Shown: positions 47,575 to 57,296 of the stretch, piece after piece
Position numbering within the stretch: the stretch's first letter is position 1
How the letters are laid out: every line of letters starts with the position of its first letter
IMG/VR virus record: IMGVR_UViG_3300027971_000031
Coordinates: 43,127-107,126 of that record
Length of the DNA: 64,000 nt
Strand: one strand, 5' to 3'
Source: a virus
Notes under the pieces: generated by a model
Told to the model about the DNA's origin: nothing
Databases searched by the model: none
What the model saw: only the letters and a program-made list of their open reading frames with translations
Translations under genes and position numbers: made by a program

Positions 47575-49243
47575 TATAACTTTAGTAACAGGAATATGGG
47601 ATATTGGTAGAGGTGAACTATCTGAAGGATGGTCAAGACCTTACCAACATTATTTAGATAAGTTTGAGCAACTTTTAAAGTGCGATGAAAACATGATTAT
47701 TTTTGGAGATGAAGAACTTCAAAAATTTGTCTTTGAACGAAGAAGTCGGGATAACACTCAATTTATTCTTAGACCAATGTCTTGGTTTAGAGAGTCTGAA
47801 TTTTTTGATAAAGTTCAGAAAATTAGGACAAATGAACAATGGAAAAACTTATCGGGATGGTTAAAAGAATCAACTCAAGGTAGATTAGAGAATTATAATC
47901 CGTTAGTAATGTCCAAAGTGTTTTTATTACACGATGCTAAAATTATGGACAGATTCAATTCTGAATATATGTTTTGGATTGATGGTGGATTAACAAATAC
48001 CGTTCACCAAGGTTATTTTACTCACGATAAAGTTCTTAATAATCTATCAAAATATATTTCAAAATTTTCATTTATTTGTTTCCCATACGATGCGGAAAAT
48101 GAAATTCATGGGTTTGAATATAATGCGTTAAATTCTATTGCTGGTTCAAAAGTTAATAAAGTTGCACGAGGTGGATTCTTTGGTGGTCCAAAACACACTA
48201 TTAGTGATATTAATGGAATCTATTATGGATTACTTAAATCAACATTAGATGAGGGATATATGGGTACCGAAGAATCAATCTTCAGTATTATGTGTTATAA
48301 ACATTCTGACATGATTAATTATTTTGAAATTGAATCTAATGGTTTAGTTGGTAAGTTTTTTGAAGATTTAAAGAACGGTGAATTAAAACCTAAATCTGAA
48401 AACATTAATAAAGAAACGAACACATTAGATGTTAATAAAGTTGGTTTATATGTTATCACATTTAACAGTCCAAAACAATTCTCAACTTTAATTGAATCTA
48501 TGAATGCGTACGATAAAGATTATTTATTAAAAACTAAAAAGTTTTTGTTAGATAACTCAAGTGATGAATCAACATTTGATGATTATGCTAAATTGTGTGA
48601 AGAGAATGGTTTTGAACACATTAAAAAAGATAATTTAGGTATTTGTGGTGGTCGTCAGTGGATTGCAGAACATTTCCAAAATGAAACAGATTTAGATTTC
48701 TATTTGTTTTTTGAAGATGACATGTTCTTTTATCCAAAAGAAGGTGATGTGTGTAGAAATGGATTTAATAGATATGTTTCAAATTTATATTCAAAAACAT
48801 TACAAATTGTTAAGAAAGAAAACTTTGATTTTTTAAAACTTAATTATAGTGAATTCTTTGGTGACAATGGTACTCAATGGGCTTGGTACAACGTGCCTCA
48901 AGATGTGAGACAAAAGTATTGGCCAGGTAAAGATAGATTACCTGTTCAAGGTTTAGACCCAAATGCCCCAAGAGCGGTTTATAATTCAGTTAATTCATTT
49001 CAAGGAGTTCCTTATGTTACGGGTGATGTATATTATTGTAATTGGCCTCAAATCGTTACAAGAACAGGAAATCAAAAAATGTTCTTAGATACAACATGGG
49101 GACATCCATTCGAACAAACATGGATGAGTCATATGTATCAGTTAGTCAAGAAAGGTGAGTTATATCCTGGTTTATTACTCATGACACCAACAGAACACGA
49201 TAGATTTGAACATTACGAAAGAAGTTTAAGAAAAGAGTCATAA
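47567..49243 (+). CDS. HtrL-like + GT-A two-domain glycosyltransferase
   Basis: ITLVTGIWDIGR, YNPLVMSKVFLL, FWIDGG, RGGFFGG, GTEESIF; second domain LYVITFN, LLDNS, NLGICGGR, FFEDDM. Confidence 0.75.
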   Translation: MSNITLVTGIWDIGRGELSEGWSRPYQHYLDKFEQLLKCDENMIIFGDEELQKFVFERRSRDNTQFILRPMSWFRESEFFDKVQKIRTNEQWKNLSGWLKESTQGRLENYNPLVMSKVFLLHDAKIMDRFNSEYMFWIDGGLTNTVHQGYFTHDKVLNNLSKYISKFSFICFPYDAENEIHGFEYNALNSIAGSKVNKVARGGFFGGPKHTISDINGIYYGLLKSTLDEGYMGTEESIFSIMCYKHSDMINYFEIESNGLVGKFFEDLKNGELKPKSENINKETNTLDVNKVGLYVITFNSPKQFSTLIESMNAYDKDYLLKTKKFLLDNSSDESTFDDYAKLCEENGFEHIKKDNLGICGGRQWIAEHFQNETDLDFYLFFEDDMFFYPKEGDVCRNGFNRYVSNLYSKTLQIVKKENFDFLKLNYSEFFGDNGTQWAWYNVPQDVRQKYWPGKDRLPVQGLDPNAPRAVYNSVNSFQGVPYVTGDVYYCNWPQIVTRTGNQKMFLDTTWGHPFEQTWMSHMYQLVKKGELYPGLLLMTPTEHDRFEHYERSLRKES

Positions 49244-49259
49244 CAATATATTTATTGTT

Positions 49260-49637
49260 ATGGAATTCTTTATTAAACAAAATGCAAATCTACCTGTATT
49301 AAAAATGCAAGTAGTAAAAGATGGTAGAGCGGGTTACTTAGAACTGATGCAGGACTTGGAGGTTTCTACTATTTTCTTTACAATGATTGATGTTGAAACT
49401 GAAATTCCTAAAATTGTGTCTGCCCCTTGTGAAATCGTTTCGCTTATCTTACCATTAGGTGCAACACCTGAATATTATATCTATTACAAGTTTACGGGTA
49501 GAGACACCAACACACCTGGTAGATATGTTGGTCAGTTCTTGATTAAGAACGATGAGGGTAATCTAATTCTTCCAATCAGAGAGGAATTGTATATTAACGT
49601 TCAACCAAGTTTTATTTCGGAAACTGCTTGTTGTTAA
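49260..49637 (+). CDS. BppU-N-like (Ig-fold) virion protein
   Basis: FFIKQNANLPVL...YKF...DT...GRY.GQF.I......LP; TATTTAT 4 nt upstream. Confidence 0.55.
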   Translation: MEFFIKQNANLPVLKMQVVKDGRAGYLELMQDLEVSTIFFTMIDVETEIPKIVSAPCEIVSLILPLGATPEYYIYYKFTGRDTNTPGRYVGQFLIKNDEGNLILPIREELYINVQPSFISETACC

Positions 49638-49725
49638 TTTGATTAAATAGATTTTTCATTTATATTTATTTACGAAGGTAAATTTCACGATGGTGTGAAA
49701 GCTAATAAACCAACGAAATAATATT

Positions 49726-52455
49726 ATGATATCTAACGAAGAAATTGAATCTTTCTTACACGGCAACGACCCTGAAGAATTTATTGTAGCAATCGAATTT
49801 GACTACGCATCCAACTCCATTTATAAAATTAAAGAAATTCCTGGTAAAGGAAAAGAAATCCGTAAGGATACATTTACCCCATTCGCTTGGGTAGGTGATT
49901 TACGTAATATCAACTTTTATGGTGGTTCCAAATCCGCTCAAAAAGATGCCATGACCAAACATGGTATTACGATTGATAAATTAGAAACCCATGGTGATGA
50001 ACGATTAGAAAATGGTATGACCTTTATGGTTAAATCTCTTAAAGGATATCGTGAACTCATCCAATTTTTTAGAGAAGGTGGATGTGACCCATGGGGTGAA
50101 AAAACAAAGGATAAACTTATTGTCCTTCCGCCCGTAGAACAATATCTTATATCAAAAGAAAAACGACTATTTAAGGGATTTGAGAATTACAATGAGGTGA
50201 CCCGACTCGTATATGACTTAGAGACGACCTCTCTTGAACCACAAGACGGTCGTATATTCATGATTGGAATTAAAACAAATAAAGGATACCACAGAGTTAT
50301 TGAATGTATTGATGAATCTGAAGAACGAAATGCAATCATCGAATTCTTCAACGTAATCAATGAATTAAAACCAAGTATCATCGGTGGTTATAATTCTGCA
50401 AACTTTGACTGGCATTGGATTTTTGAACGTTGTAGAATTTTGGGACTTGACCCAAAAAAGATTTGTAAGTCATTACACCCCCAACATTCGTTCACAAGAA
50501 AAGACGGGATGTTGAAACTTGCTAACGAGGTGGAGACATTTACTCAAACCTCAATTTGGGGTTATAATGTTATCGACATTATTCACGCAGTTCGTAGAGC
50601 TCAGGCAATTAACTCAAGTATCAAGGCGGCAGGTTTGAAATATATTACAAAATATATCAACGCAGAATCACCAAGTCGTGTGTATATTGAACACGACAAT
50701 ATCGGTAAGTTATTCCTTAACAAAGAAGAGTATTGGTTAAACACACAGAATGGTAATTACAAGAAAGCAAACAATCCTGCGTACGATAACTTAGACACAA
50801 AGTTTCCTAACGTCTACAAAAAGATTACAGGTGATAAAATTGTTGAGATGTATCTTGACGATGACTTAGATGAAACCTTAAAAGTTGACCAAGAGTTCAA
50901 CCAAGGTTCATTCTTGTTGGCTGCGATGATTCCAACAACATACGAGAGAGTATCTACAATGGGTACCGCAACTTTATGGAAAATGTTGATGTTGGCATGG
51001 TCTTACAAACACGGACTTGCAATCCCCGCCAAACAGGGTAAGACAGACTTCGTAGGAGGTCTCTCACGACTACTTAAGGTTGGTTATAGTAAGAATGTAC
51101 TTAAACTCGATTTCTCGTCACTATATCCATCTATTCAGTTGGTACACGATGTATTCCCTAAGTGTGATGTAACAGGTGCGATGAAAGGAATGTTAAAATA
51201 CTTCCGTGACACTCGTATTATGTACAAACAATTGGCAGAAGAGTTTGAAAAAACAGACCCTAAGAAGTCAGAGTCATATGGTAATAAACAATTACCAATT
51301 AAGATTTTCATTAACTCGATGTTCGGCGCGTTGTCGGCACCACAAGTATTTGCTTGGGGTGACATGTACATGGGAGAACAGATTACTTGTACGGGTAGAC
51401 AATACCTTCGTCAAATGATTAAGTTCTTTATGACAAAAGGATATGTTCCGTTGGTAATGGATACGGACGGTGTGAACTTCTCGACTCCTGACGATGCAAA
51501 AGACCGAGTTTATGTTGGTCGTGGATTGAATTGGAAATCTAAGTTGGGTAAAGAATATTATGGACCTGAGGCTGATGTTGCCGAGTATAACGATATCTTC
51601 ATGAGGGGTGAGATGGCACTTGACACGGATGGGGTTTGGCCTTCGTGTATTAACTTGGCTCGTAAGAACTATGCGGTTATGGATGCCAAGGGTAAAATTA
51701 AATTGACAGGTAACAGTATCAAGTCAAAGAAACTTCCAATCTACATTGAGGAGTTTTTAGATAAAGGTGTTAAAATGTTATTGGAAGGTAATGGTCAGGC
51801 GTTTGTTGAATATTATTATGAATACTTACAAAAGATTTTTGACAAACAAATCCCTTTAAGTAAGATTGCACAACGAGCTAAAGTTAAATTATCTGTAGAT
51901 GATTATAAGAAAAGATTAACAACTAAAACAAAGTCAGGAAATAGTATGAGTCGTATGGCTCACATGGAACTTGCAATACAAGAAAATCTTGCGGTAAATC
52001 TTGGGGATGTTATTATGTATGTGAATAATGGATTAAAGTCATCTCATGGTGACGTTCAGAAAAAAGGTGATGGTGTTCAAATCAATTGTTATATGTTACA
52101 CAAAGATATTTTGGAAAATGACCCTAATCTAACAGGTGAATATAATGTGCCGAGAGCAATTACAACATTTAACAAAAGAATGGAACCATTAATGGTTGTA
52201 TTTCAAGATGAGGTTAGAAATAACTTAATTGTTAATGACCCTGAAAATAGAGGTATTTTCACAAAGGCTCAATGTGAATTGATTAATGGACATCCACTAG
52301 GTAATGGTGACCAAGATAGATTGCAAGAAGATGTACTTGATATAACCGAACAAGAGTTAAATTACTGGGAAAGACGAGGGTTAAGTCCTGACTACATGTA
52401 CGATTTTGCGGAAGAAGATTGGAAAGAAAAATTAGGAATTCTTGAGACCGTCTGA
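49726..52455 (+). CDS. polB: DNA polymerase family B
   Basis: Exo motifs DLETT and GYNSANFDW; polymerase motifs DFSSLYPSI, KIFINSMFG, MDTDG, KNYA. No intein seen. Confidence 0.95.
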   Translation: MISNEEIESFLHGNDPEEFIVAIEFDYASNSIYKIKEIPGKGKEIRKDTFTPFAWVGDLRNINFYGGSKSAQKDAMTKHGITIDKLETHGDERLENGMTFMVKSLKGYRELIQFFREGGCDPWGEKTKDKLIVLPPVEQYLISKEKRLFKGFENYNEVTRLVYDLETTSLEPQDGRIFMIGIKTNKGYHRVIECIDESEERNAIIEFFNVINELKPSIIGGYNSANFDWHWIFERCRILGLDPKKICKSLHPQHSFTRKDGMLKLANEVETFTQTSIWGYNVIDIIHAVRRAQAINSSIKAAGLKYITKYINAESPSRVYIEHDNIGKLFLNKEEYWLNTQNGNYKKANNPAYDNLDTKFPNVYKKITGDKIVEMYLDDDLDETLKVDQEFNQGSFLLAAMIPTTYERVSTMGTATLWKMLMLAWSYKHGLAIPAKQGKTDFVGGLSRLLKVGYSKNVLKLDFSSLYPSIQLVHDVFPKCDVTGAMKGMLKYFRDTRIMYKQLAEEFEKTDPKKSESYGNKQLPIKIFINSMFGALSAPQVFAWGDMYMGEQITCTGRQYLRQMIKFFMTKGYVPLVMDTDGVNFSTPDDAKDRVYVGRGLNWKSKLGKEYYGPEADVAEYNDIFMRGEMALDTDGVWPSCINLARKNYAVMDAKGKIKLTGNSIKSKKLPIYIEEFLDKGVKMLLEGNGQAFVEYYYEYLQKIFDKQIPLSKIAQRAKVKLSVDDYKKRLTTKTKSGNSMSRMAHMELAIQENLAVNLGDVIMYVNNGLKSSHGDVQKKGDGVQINCYMLHKDILENDPNLTGEYNVPRAITTFNKRMEPLMVVFQDEVRNNLIVNDPENRGIFTKAQCELINGHPLGNGDQDRLQEDVLDITEQELNYWERRGLSPDYMYDFAEEDWKEKLGILETV

Positions 52456-52767
52456 TGATAGGATATACCAGTTTCCAACACAAAATCTAAATTCAATACA
52501 AGAGTATCGGTCAGCAATAATTTCATCATAATCCTCATCAATTTTACCAACATCAGGTTTAATTGTTAAACGAGTCATTGATTTTATTACTACGTGGTCT
52601 GTTGTTTTTGAATCTAAAATAACTGTTGATTCTTGTACGTTTCTAACGATAACACATTCTTCACCGTTTGTTCTGTATTCTGTTTCAGATACTACTGAAA
52701 TCTCTGATGTTTCAAGAATTTCACCATTAATCAATCTTGTTGATGGTATTGTTTTTATAATTGCCAT
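52432..52767 (-). CDS. Small beta-rich putative virion protein
   Basis: 111 aa downstream of the neck gene; pattern V.I..., I....G.ID....., W.I reminiscent of small fiber-associated domains. Confidence 0.55.
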   Translation of the reverse strand: MAIIKTIPSTRLINGEILETSEISVVSETEYRTNGEECVIVRNVQESTVILDSKTTDHVVIKSMTRLTIKPDVGKIDEDYDEIIADRYSCIEFRFCVGNWYILSSDGLKNS

Positions 52768-52770
52768 AAT

Positions 52771-53892
52771 TTAAATTACATATATTTGACGAGGCATTGC
52801 TCTGAATTTCATTTGTTTATTTAGATTTTCAGCGAGTAATGCTTCTTTTTCCATTACTTTCTCAGGACGTAATCTTGTTAACCAACCTTCGGGACCTGTT
52901 AATTCTTCAATCAACTTTGTCTTTTCGTCTTTCCCTTCAGTTAATAAACTTGTGTAGTCCATTTGTAATTCTGAGTCAGGAGCCTTTAAGTTTCCACTAT
53001 ATTTTCCTCTAACTCTACCTAATGTTTCTTTAACATATGCGGTGAACCATCTTCTTACCCATTGTTGAGCGGGAACATTTAAATCAACCCAATTCATTTC
53101 CTCTAAAGGAACTTCATTTGGCATTTTAATTACGTCAGGATTATTTTTTAAACAATCGGCTCTACTATCAGGTGTTACATCATAGTACCAATACCATACA
53201 GCTTTACCAACATATTGACTATAATTACCCCAGTTAAACTGATTACCAGGAGCGTTGTATAATTGTAAATCTTTTTTACCGTCAGGTAATGCCGTAATTC
53301 TATAAGTTAAAGAACCACCAAGAATTCTATTTAAGATGTTAGATTCTTGCATTCTAATTAGATAGTCAAACCCTGACATCATATAATAAGAACCTTGATA
53401 TCCCATTTGAGCAAAACCTGCTTCGTTTGCACCAAGACCAGCACCACCAAATCCGCCAATACCACCCATACCAAATGCGGTGATAGGTTGGTTGCTAAAC
53501 CATAAAACCTCATTGATTTCACGACCTGCAGGAATTTCGTAATTTTGTTTGTTTTGTTCAAGAATAACATAATCCTTTTTTAATACCCAAGGACCTTGAG
53601 CCTGAAGACCCACAATTTTTGAATATGAATATGAGAATTGTTGTTCAAAATCCATTGTTCTTGTGATTAATGCTTGAGCAACAGATTTTTCAGTCATGTT
53701 AAGATTAACCAAGTTAACCCACTGACTATCAATTAACCAATTCAAGATATACTGTTCATAATCTTGAATAGATAATTCCATCAACGAGTCCATCATTTCA
53801 TCAGTGACTTCAACACTTCTTAATGGTGCACCCAATAGATGTTTAATTCTCGTATAAATTTTCGACCTTTCTGGTTCTGGTATAACTGCCAT
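52771..53892 (-). CDS. Neck/head-tail adaptor protein, T4 gp13-like
   Basis: LLGAPLRSVEVT, WVRRWFTAYVKETLGRVRGKYSG..P...LQMD...L.EG..EK..L.EEL. Confidence 0.8.
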   Translation of the reverse strand: MAVIPEPERSKIYTRIKHLLGAPLRSVEVTDEMMDSLMELSIQDYEQYILNWLIDSQWVNLVNLNMTEKSVAQALITRTMDFEQQFSYSYSKIVGLQAQGPWVLKKDYVILEQNKQNYEIPAGREINEVLWFSNQPITAFGMGGIGGFGGAGLGANEAGFAQMGYQGSYYMMSGFDYLIRMQESNILNRILGGSLTYRITALPDGKKDLQLYNAPGNQFNWGNYSQYVGKAVWYWYYDVTPDSRADCLKNNPDVIKMPNEVPLEEMNWVDLNVPAQQWVRRWFTAYVKETLGRVRGKYSGNLKAPDSELQMDYTSLLTEGKDEKTKLIEELTGPEGWLTRLRPEKVMEKEALLAENLNKQMKFRAMPRQIYVI

Positions 53893-53916
53893 ATCTAATA
53901 AATATCGTTTAGTTTA

Positions 53917-55446
53917 TTATATACTATATAAAAGTGAATCAGGAGGAAAAACAAAGTTACCTTTAATAATTTTTGGTTTTTTATCAAACACTAAAACATT
54001 TTTCCCTCTTTGAAATACCATCCAATCTGTTTTATACAATTTAACACTTGCAGTACCCTCCAATTCCATTCCGTCTTCGGTTTGTTTCATTTCTCTGTAT
54101 GGTTTAACTTGAGCGGTATATAAAGTATCATCTTTAAATATTTCCAAATCTACTCCTTGGATTGCATCTTTTTTGTTTCCTAACTCACCAATCATTTCAA
54201 CTTTTGCACTTTTACCAAAAAATCTTTTAAGAATTGATGCCGTGATTTGTTCTCGTTTGTCGCCAGCTTTGTTTTTTTCGGTTAAAGTTATTAATAAATT
54301 AATAAATGTTGAACTTTCTCTATCAAAGATTCTATATTTAAAATGGTCCAAAGCACTTACGAATCTTTCAACTTCTTTCTTTTGTTGTGCTGGAGTTTTA
54401 TCTATAAATGATATTGGTTTTTTATTTGGTATTTTTGTAATAACGTAATTTAAATCTCTTAACAAGATACAAAACGCAGTATAATTTGTATTTAATTTAT
54501 TTATTACTGACCTACCAGGTCCTTCAATATCATAAACGCCAGGTAATTGATTGTTATTTGGTGTCTCAATATAATTTTCATTAAAAACTTCTTTAAGAAT
54601 TCTATTAATACCATTCATATAAGTCCATTTAATGTCTTGGTTTACATTAAATAACATTCTATAAAATTCATTATCAGATTTTGAACACATTTCAGATTTA
54701 CCTTCACTTAAAACTTGTTTCATTTTGGTAGATTCTGTTAATTTAGTTTCAACTTTCATTTCATACATTTTGGTTACAAAATCCCAATTAACCACTTTCC
54801 AAAAGTTTGTAATGTATTCATCTCTTTTGTTTCTATATTTCAAATAATAAGCATGTTCCCATAAATCCAATCCCAACAATGGAAAACCACCACCTTCAAT
54901 AACATTCATTAATGGATTGTCTTGGTTTGGAGTCGACATAATTTTTAATCTGTTATTGGAGGTTAGAACTAACCATACCCAACCTGAACCAAATCTTTCT
55001 TTACCAATTTTATCAAACTCTTTTTTAAAGTTTGTGAATGTTCCCCACTCTTTGGTAATTTTTTTATAAAGTTCACCTGTTAGTTTTTTTGGTTCGGGAC
55101 TTAACATATTCCAAAACAAAGCGTGGTTAAATGCTCCACCTGCGTTGTTTCGAATTGTTTTATCAAAACGACTGATTGTCTTGATTATTTTTTCTAATTC
55201 TAAATCTCCGTATTTTTTCTTTGATAATGCGTCGTTTAGTTTATCAACATACCCTTTGTAATGTTTATTGTAATGGAAACTCATGGTTTCGGGGTCAATA
55301 AACTGTTTGAGGGCTGAGTAGGAATATGGTAGTTTCTCTATTCCAATTTTTTTCATTTCTGTAATCAACAACTCTTTTTCTATGGTTACGTGATTTTCAA
55401 GTATCTGTAACTCTAGTTGTTGGATTTTCTCTTTTGTTCTTTTCAT
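53917..55446 (-). CDS. sod: Fe/Mn superoxide dismutase fused to a C-terminal PD-(D/E)xK-like domain
   Basis: LPYSYSAL, HYNKHY..YV, GGAFNHALFW, FGSGWVWL, PNQDNPL, DLWEHAYYL (all four metal ligands); C-terminal GDKRE...GVD...AQVKP. Confidence 0.85.
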   Translation of the reverse strand: MKRTKEKIQQLELQILENHVTIEKELLITEMKKIGIEKLPYSYSALKQFIDPETMSFHYNKHYKGYVDKLNDALSKKKYGDLELEKIIKTISRFDKTIRNNAGGAFNHALFWNMLSPEPKKLTGELYKKITKEWGTFTNFKKEFDKIGKERFGSGWVWLVLTSNNRLKIMSTPNQDNPLMNVIEGGGFPLLGLDLWEHAYYLKYRNKRDEYITNFWKVVNWDFVTKMYEMKVETKLTESTKMKQVLSEGKSEMCSKSDNEFYRMLFNVNQDIKWTYMNGINRILKEVFNENYIETPNNNQLPGVYDIEGPGRSVINKLNTNYTAFCILLRDLNYVITKIPNKKPISFIDKTPAQQKKEVERFVSALDHFKYRIFDRESSTFINLLITLTEKNKAGDKREQITASILKRFFGKSAKVEMIGELGNKKDAIQGVDLEIFKDDTLYTAQVKPYREMKQTEDGMELEGTASVKLYKTDWMVFQRGKNVLVFDKKPKIIKGNFVFPPDSLLYSI

Positions 55447-55487
55447 AATTTTGGATTATCCGTTATATATAAATAATCCGTAGTTCG

Positions 55488-57242
55488 TTAATATCGCAGT
55501 TCGTTAATTCTTTGTAAGATTTCTTCTGCAGCATCGGCCGGATGTTGGTTGTCGCCCATTACGGTGGCAATGACTTGTTTTTTGTTGTTTAGGATATCGT
55601 AGATGACACCTTCGATTGTATTTTCGAATATTGGATAATAAACCAAAACATTATTTTTTTGACCGTAACGATAAGCTCGGTCTTCGGCTTGGGCGTGGTC
55701 TGATGGAAGGAATGATAAGTCATTCATAATAACCGCTTCAGCCGCAGTCAATGTAATACCAACACCTGCGGCTTTAATGTTACCCACAAATACTTTAACT
55801 TTGGGATTATCTTGGAATTGGTCAACTGAGTTTTGTCTGTTGGGTTTTGACATGGAGCCATCAAGTTTAACTGCCGCTTTACCAAAGTGTTCTGTGATTT
55901 TATTTAAGGAATCTGTGAAATTACAAAAAATAATAACTTTTTTATCTTGTTCAATAATGTTTTCGGCAAGTTCGATAGTCTGTGCAATTTTTTCATCTGC
56001 AATGATTTGTCTAACTTTTGTTAATTTTGAAAATTGTACTGTGAGTGATTTAGATTCGTCAGGGTTCTTGTCGTACCAATCATAATACTCACCCATCACA
56101 TTTTCATATGACTTTGATTTCAATCTCAAATACACAGGAGTGATAATCTTGTCGGGTAAATCAAGTACGTTTTCTTTTAATCGTCGTAATGTTAGACCTA
56201 ATGTTCGGTCTCTTAATTCTTCAAGGTTAGACGCCCCCGTTACGTTCCAAACTTTTCTTCCACCAACATTAAATTGGTACCCTGAACAATAACGGATTGC
56301 ATATGCCATCCAATTCTTTGCCACGGGTGAATCGATTATACTTAATAAGTTGAAATAATCGATTGGCCTTGATGTCATTGGTGTACCTGTTAACAACCAA
56401 ATTCGTTCGGTATTTTTAATAATATCGTTAATTAGTTTTGTTCTTTGAGCCGTAGCATTTTTGATATAGTGAGCTTCGTCGATAATAACCAAATCAAATT
56501 TGGCGGCAAGAACTTGAGAATCGTCTTTCTTTTTAGGGTCATGGAAATTTTTAATTATATCGTAATTTATAATTACATAATCGGCTTCGGTACTGAAGTT
56601 TTTACTTTCCGCAATGTAGATTGATTTATCTGAATAATTTTCAATTTCACGTTTCCAGTTAATCTTTAATGTCGCAGGACAAATAATTAATACTTTCTTT
56701 GAACCTGACTCTAACGCTGCAATAATTGTTGAAGTTGTTTTACCAAGACCCATATCATCGGCAAGGATAAACTTTTTATTCTCCACTAATTTTTGAACCG
56801 CTTCTTTTTGGTGTTCAAGTGGTGGGCGATGAGAATACTTTGAATAATCAATTACAACATCTTTAACTGAATTGTCTTTAATGATTGCAGCCTTTGGTAA
56901 CCAAAAATCATGGAATTCTTCTTTATCCAATACTTTACCCCAAATGTGGTAAGCCTTTTCTTTATCCGCCAATAATTTTTCAACCCATACTTTTTGTGGG
57001 ATTTCAGTATACAATTTGTCGTCAGCCAATTTCTGAGCGAAGTATGTGTCAAGGATTACCCATTTCTTTGCAACCTTTGGTTGTTTGTTGTGAAAATTGA
57101 TAATGTATTCCGATTGACTCCTTGTTGGATAAAACTTTCTATTGACTTGTGATTTGCGTTTTAATTCCAAGATATAGTTATTGCCGCCCTCATACGACTC
57201 AAGAATGGACATTGCCTTTGATTCTAAACTAACATCACTCAT
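55488..57242 (-). CDS. SNF2-family (HARP/SMARCAL1-like) helicase
   Basis: LADDMGLGKT, IIDEAH, LTGTP, LRRLKE, AAGVGITLT, QAEDRAYRYGQ. Confidence 0.92.
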   Translation of the reverse strand: MSDVSLESKAMSILESYEGGNNYILELKRKSQVNRKFYPTRSQSEYIINFHNKQPKVAKKWVILDTYFAQKLADDKLYTEIPQKVWVEKLLADKEKAYHIWGKVLDKEEFHDFWLPKAAIIKDNSVKDVVIDYSKYSHRPPLEHQKEAVQKLVENKKFILADDMGLGKTTSTIIAALESGSKKVLIICPATLKINWKREIENYSDKSIYIAESKNFSTEADYVIINYDIIKNFHDPKKKDDSQVLAAKFDLVIIDEAHYIKNATAQRTKLINDIIKNTERIWLLTGTPMTSRPIDYFNLLSIIDSPVAKNWMAYAIRYCSGYQFNVGGRKVWNVTGASNLEELRDRTLGLTLRRLKENVLDLPDKIITPVYLRLKSKSYENVMGEYYDWYDKNPDESKSLTVQFSKLTKVRQIIADEKIAQTIELAENIIEQDKKVIIFCNFTDSLNKITEHFGKAAVKLDGSMSKPNRQNSVDQFQDNPKVKVFVGNIKAAGVGITLTAAEAVIMNDLSFLPSDHAQAEDRAYRYGQKNNVLVYYPIFENTIEGVIYDILNNKKQVIATVMGDNQHPADAAEEILQRINELRY

Positions 57243-57296
57243 TTAATATTACTAAATTTACTTAAATATAGTAAAAGTTTAGGTATTTATCAATAT

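Noticed and set aside
49672-49716. Fluoride or c-di-GMP riboswitch (GATGGTG...GCTAAT; GGTAAA)
   Set aside because: Only short word matches; the second stem and conserved spacing are absent, and the gene context does not fit.
49726-52455. Intein or intron in the polymerase (also checked helicase, MCP, PhoH)
   Set aside because: Catalytic motifs are contiguous at normal spacing; no intein termini or LAGLIDADG/HNH motifs were seen.
55453-55479. Inverted repeat GGATTAT...ATAATCC around the SOD promoter as an operator
   Set aside because: Only 7 bp, single occurrence and AT-rich; insufficient support.
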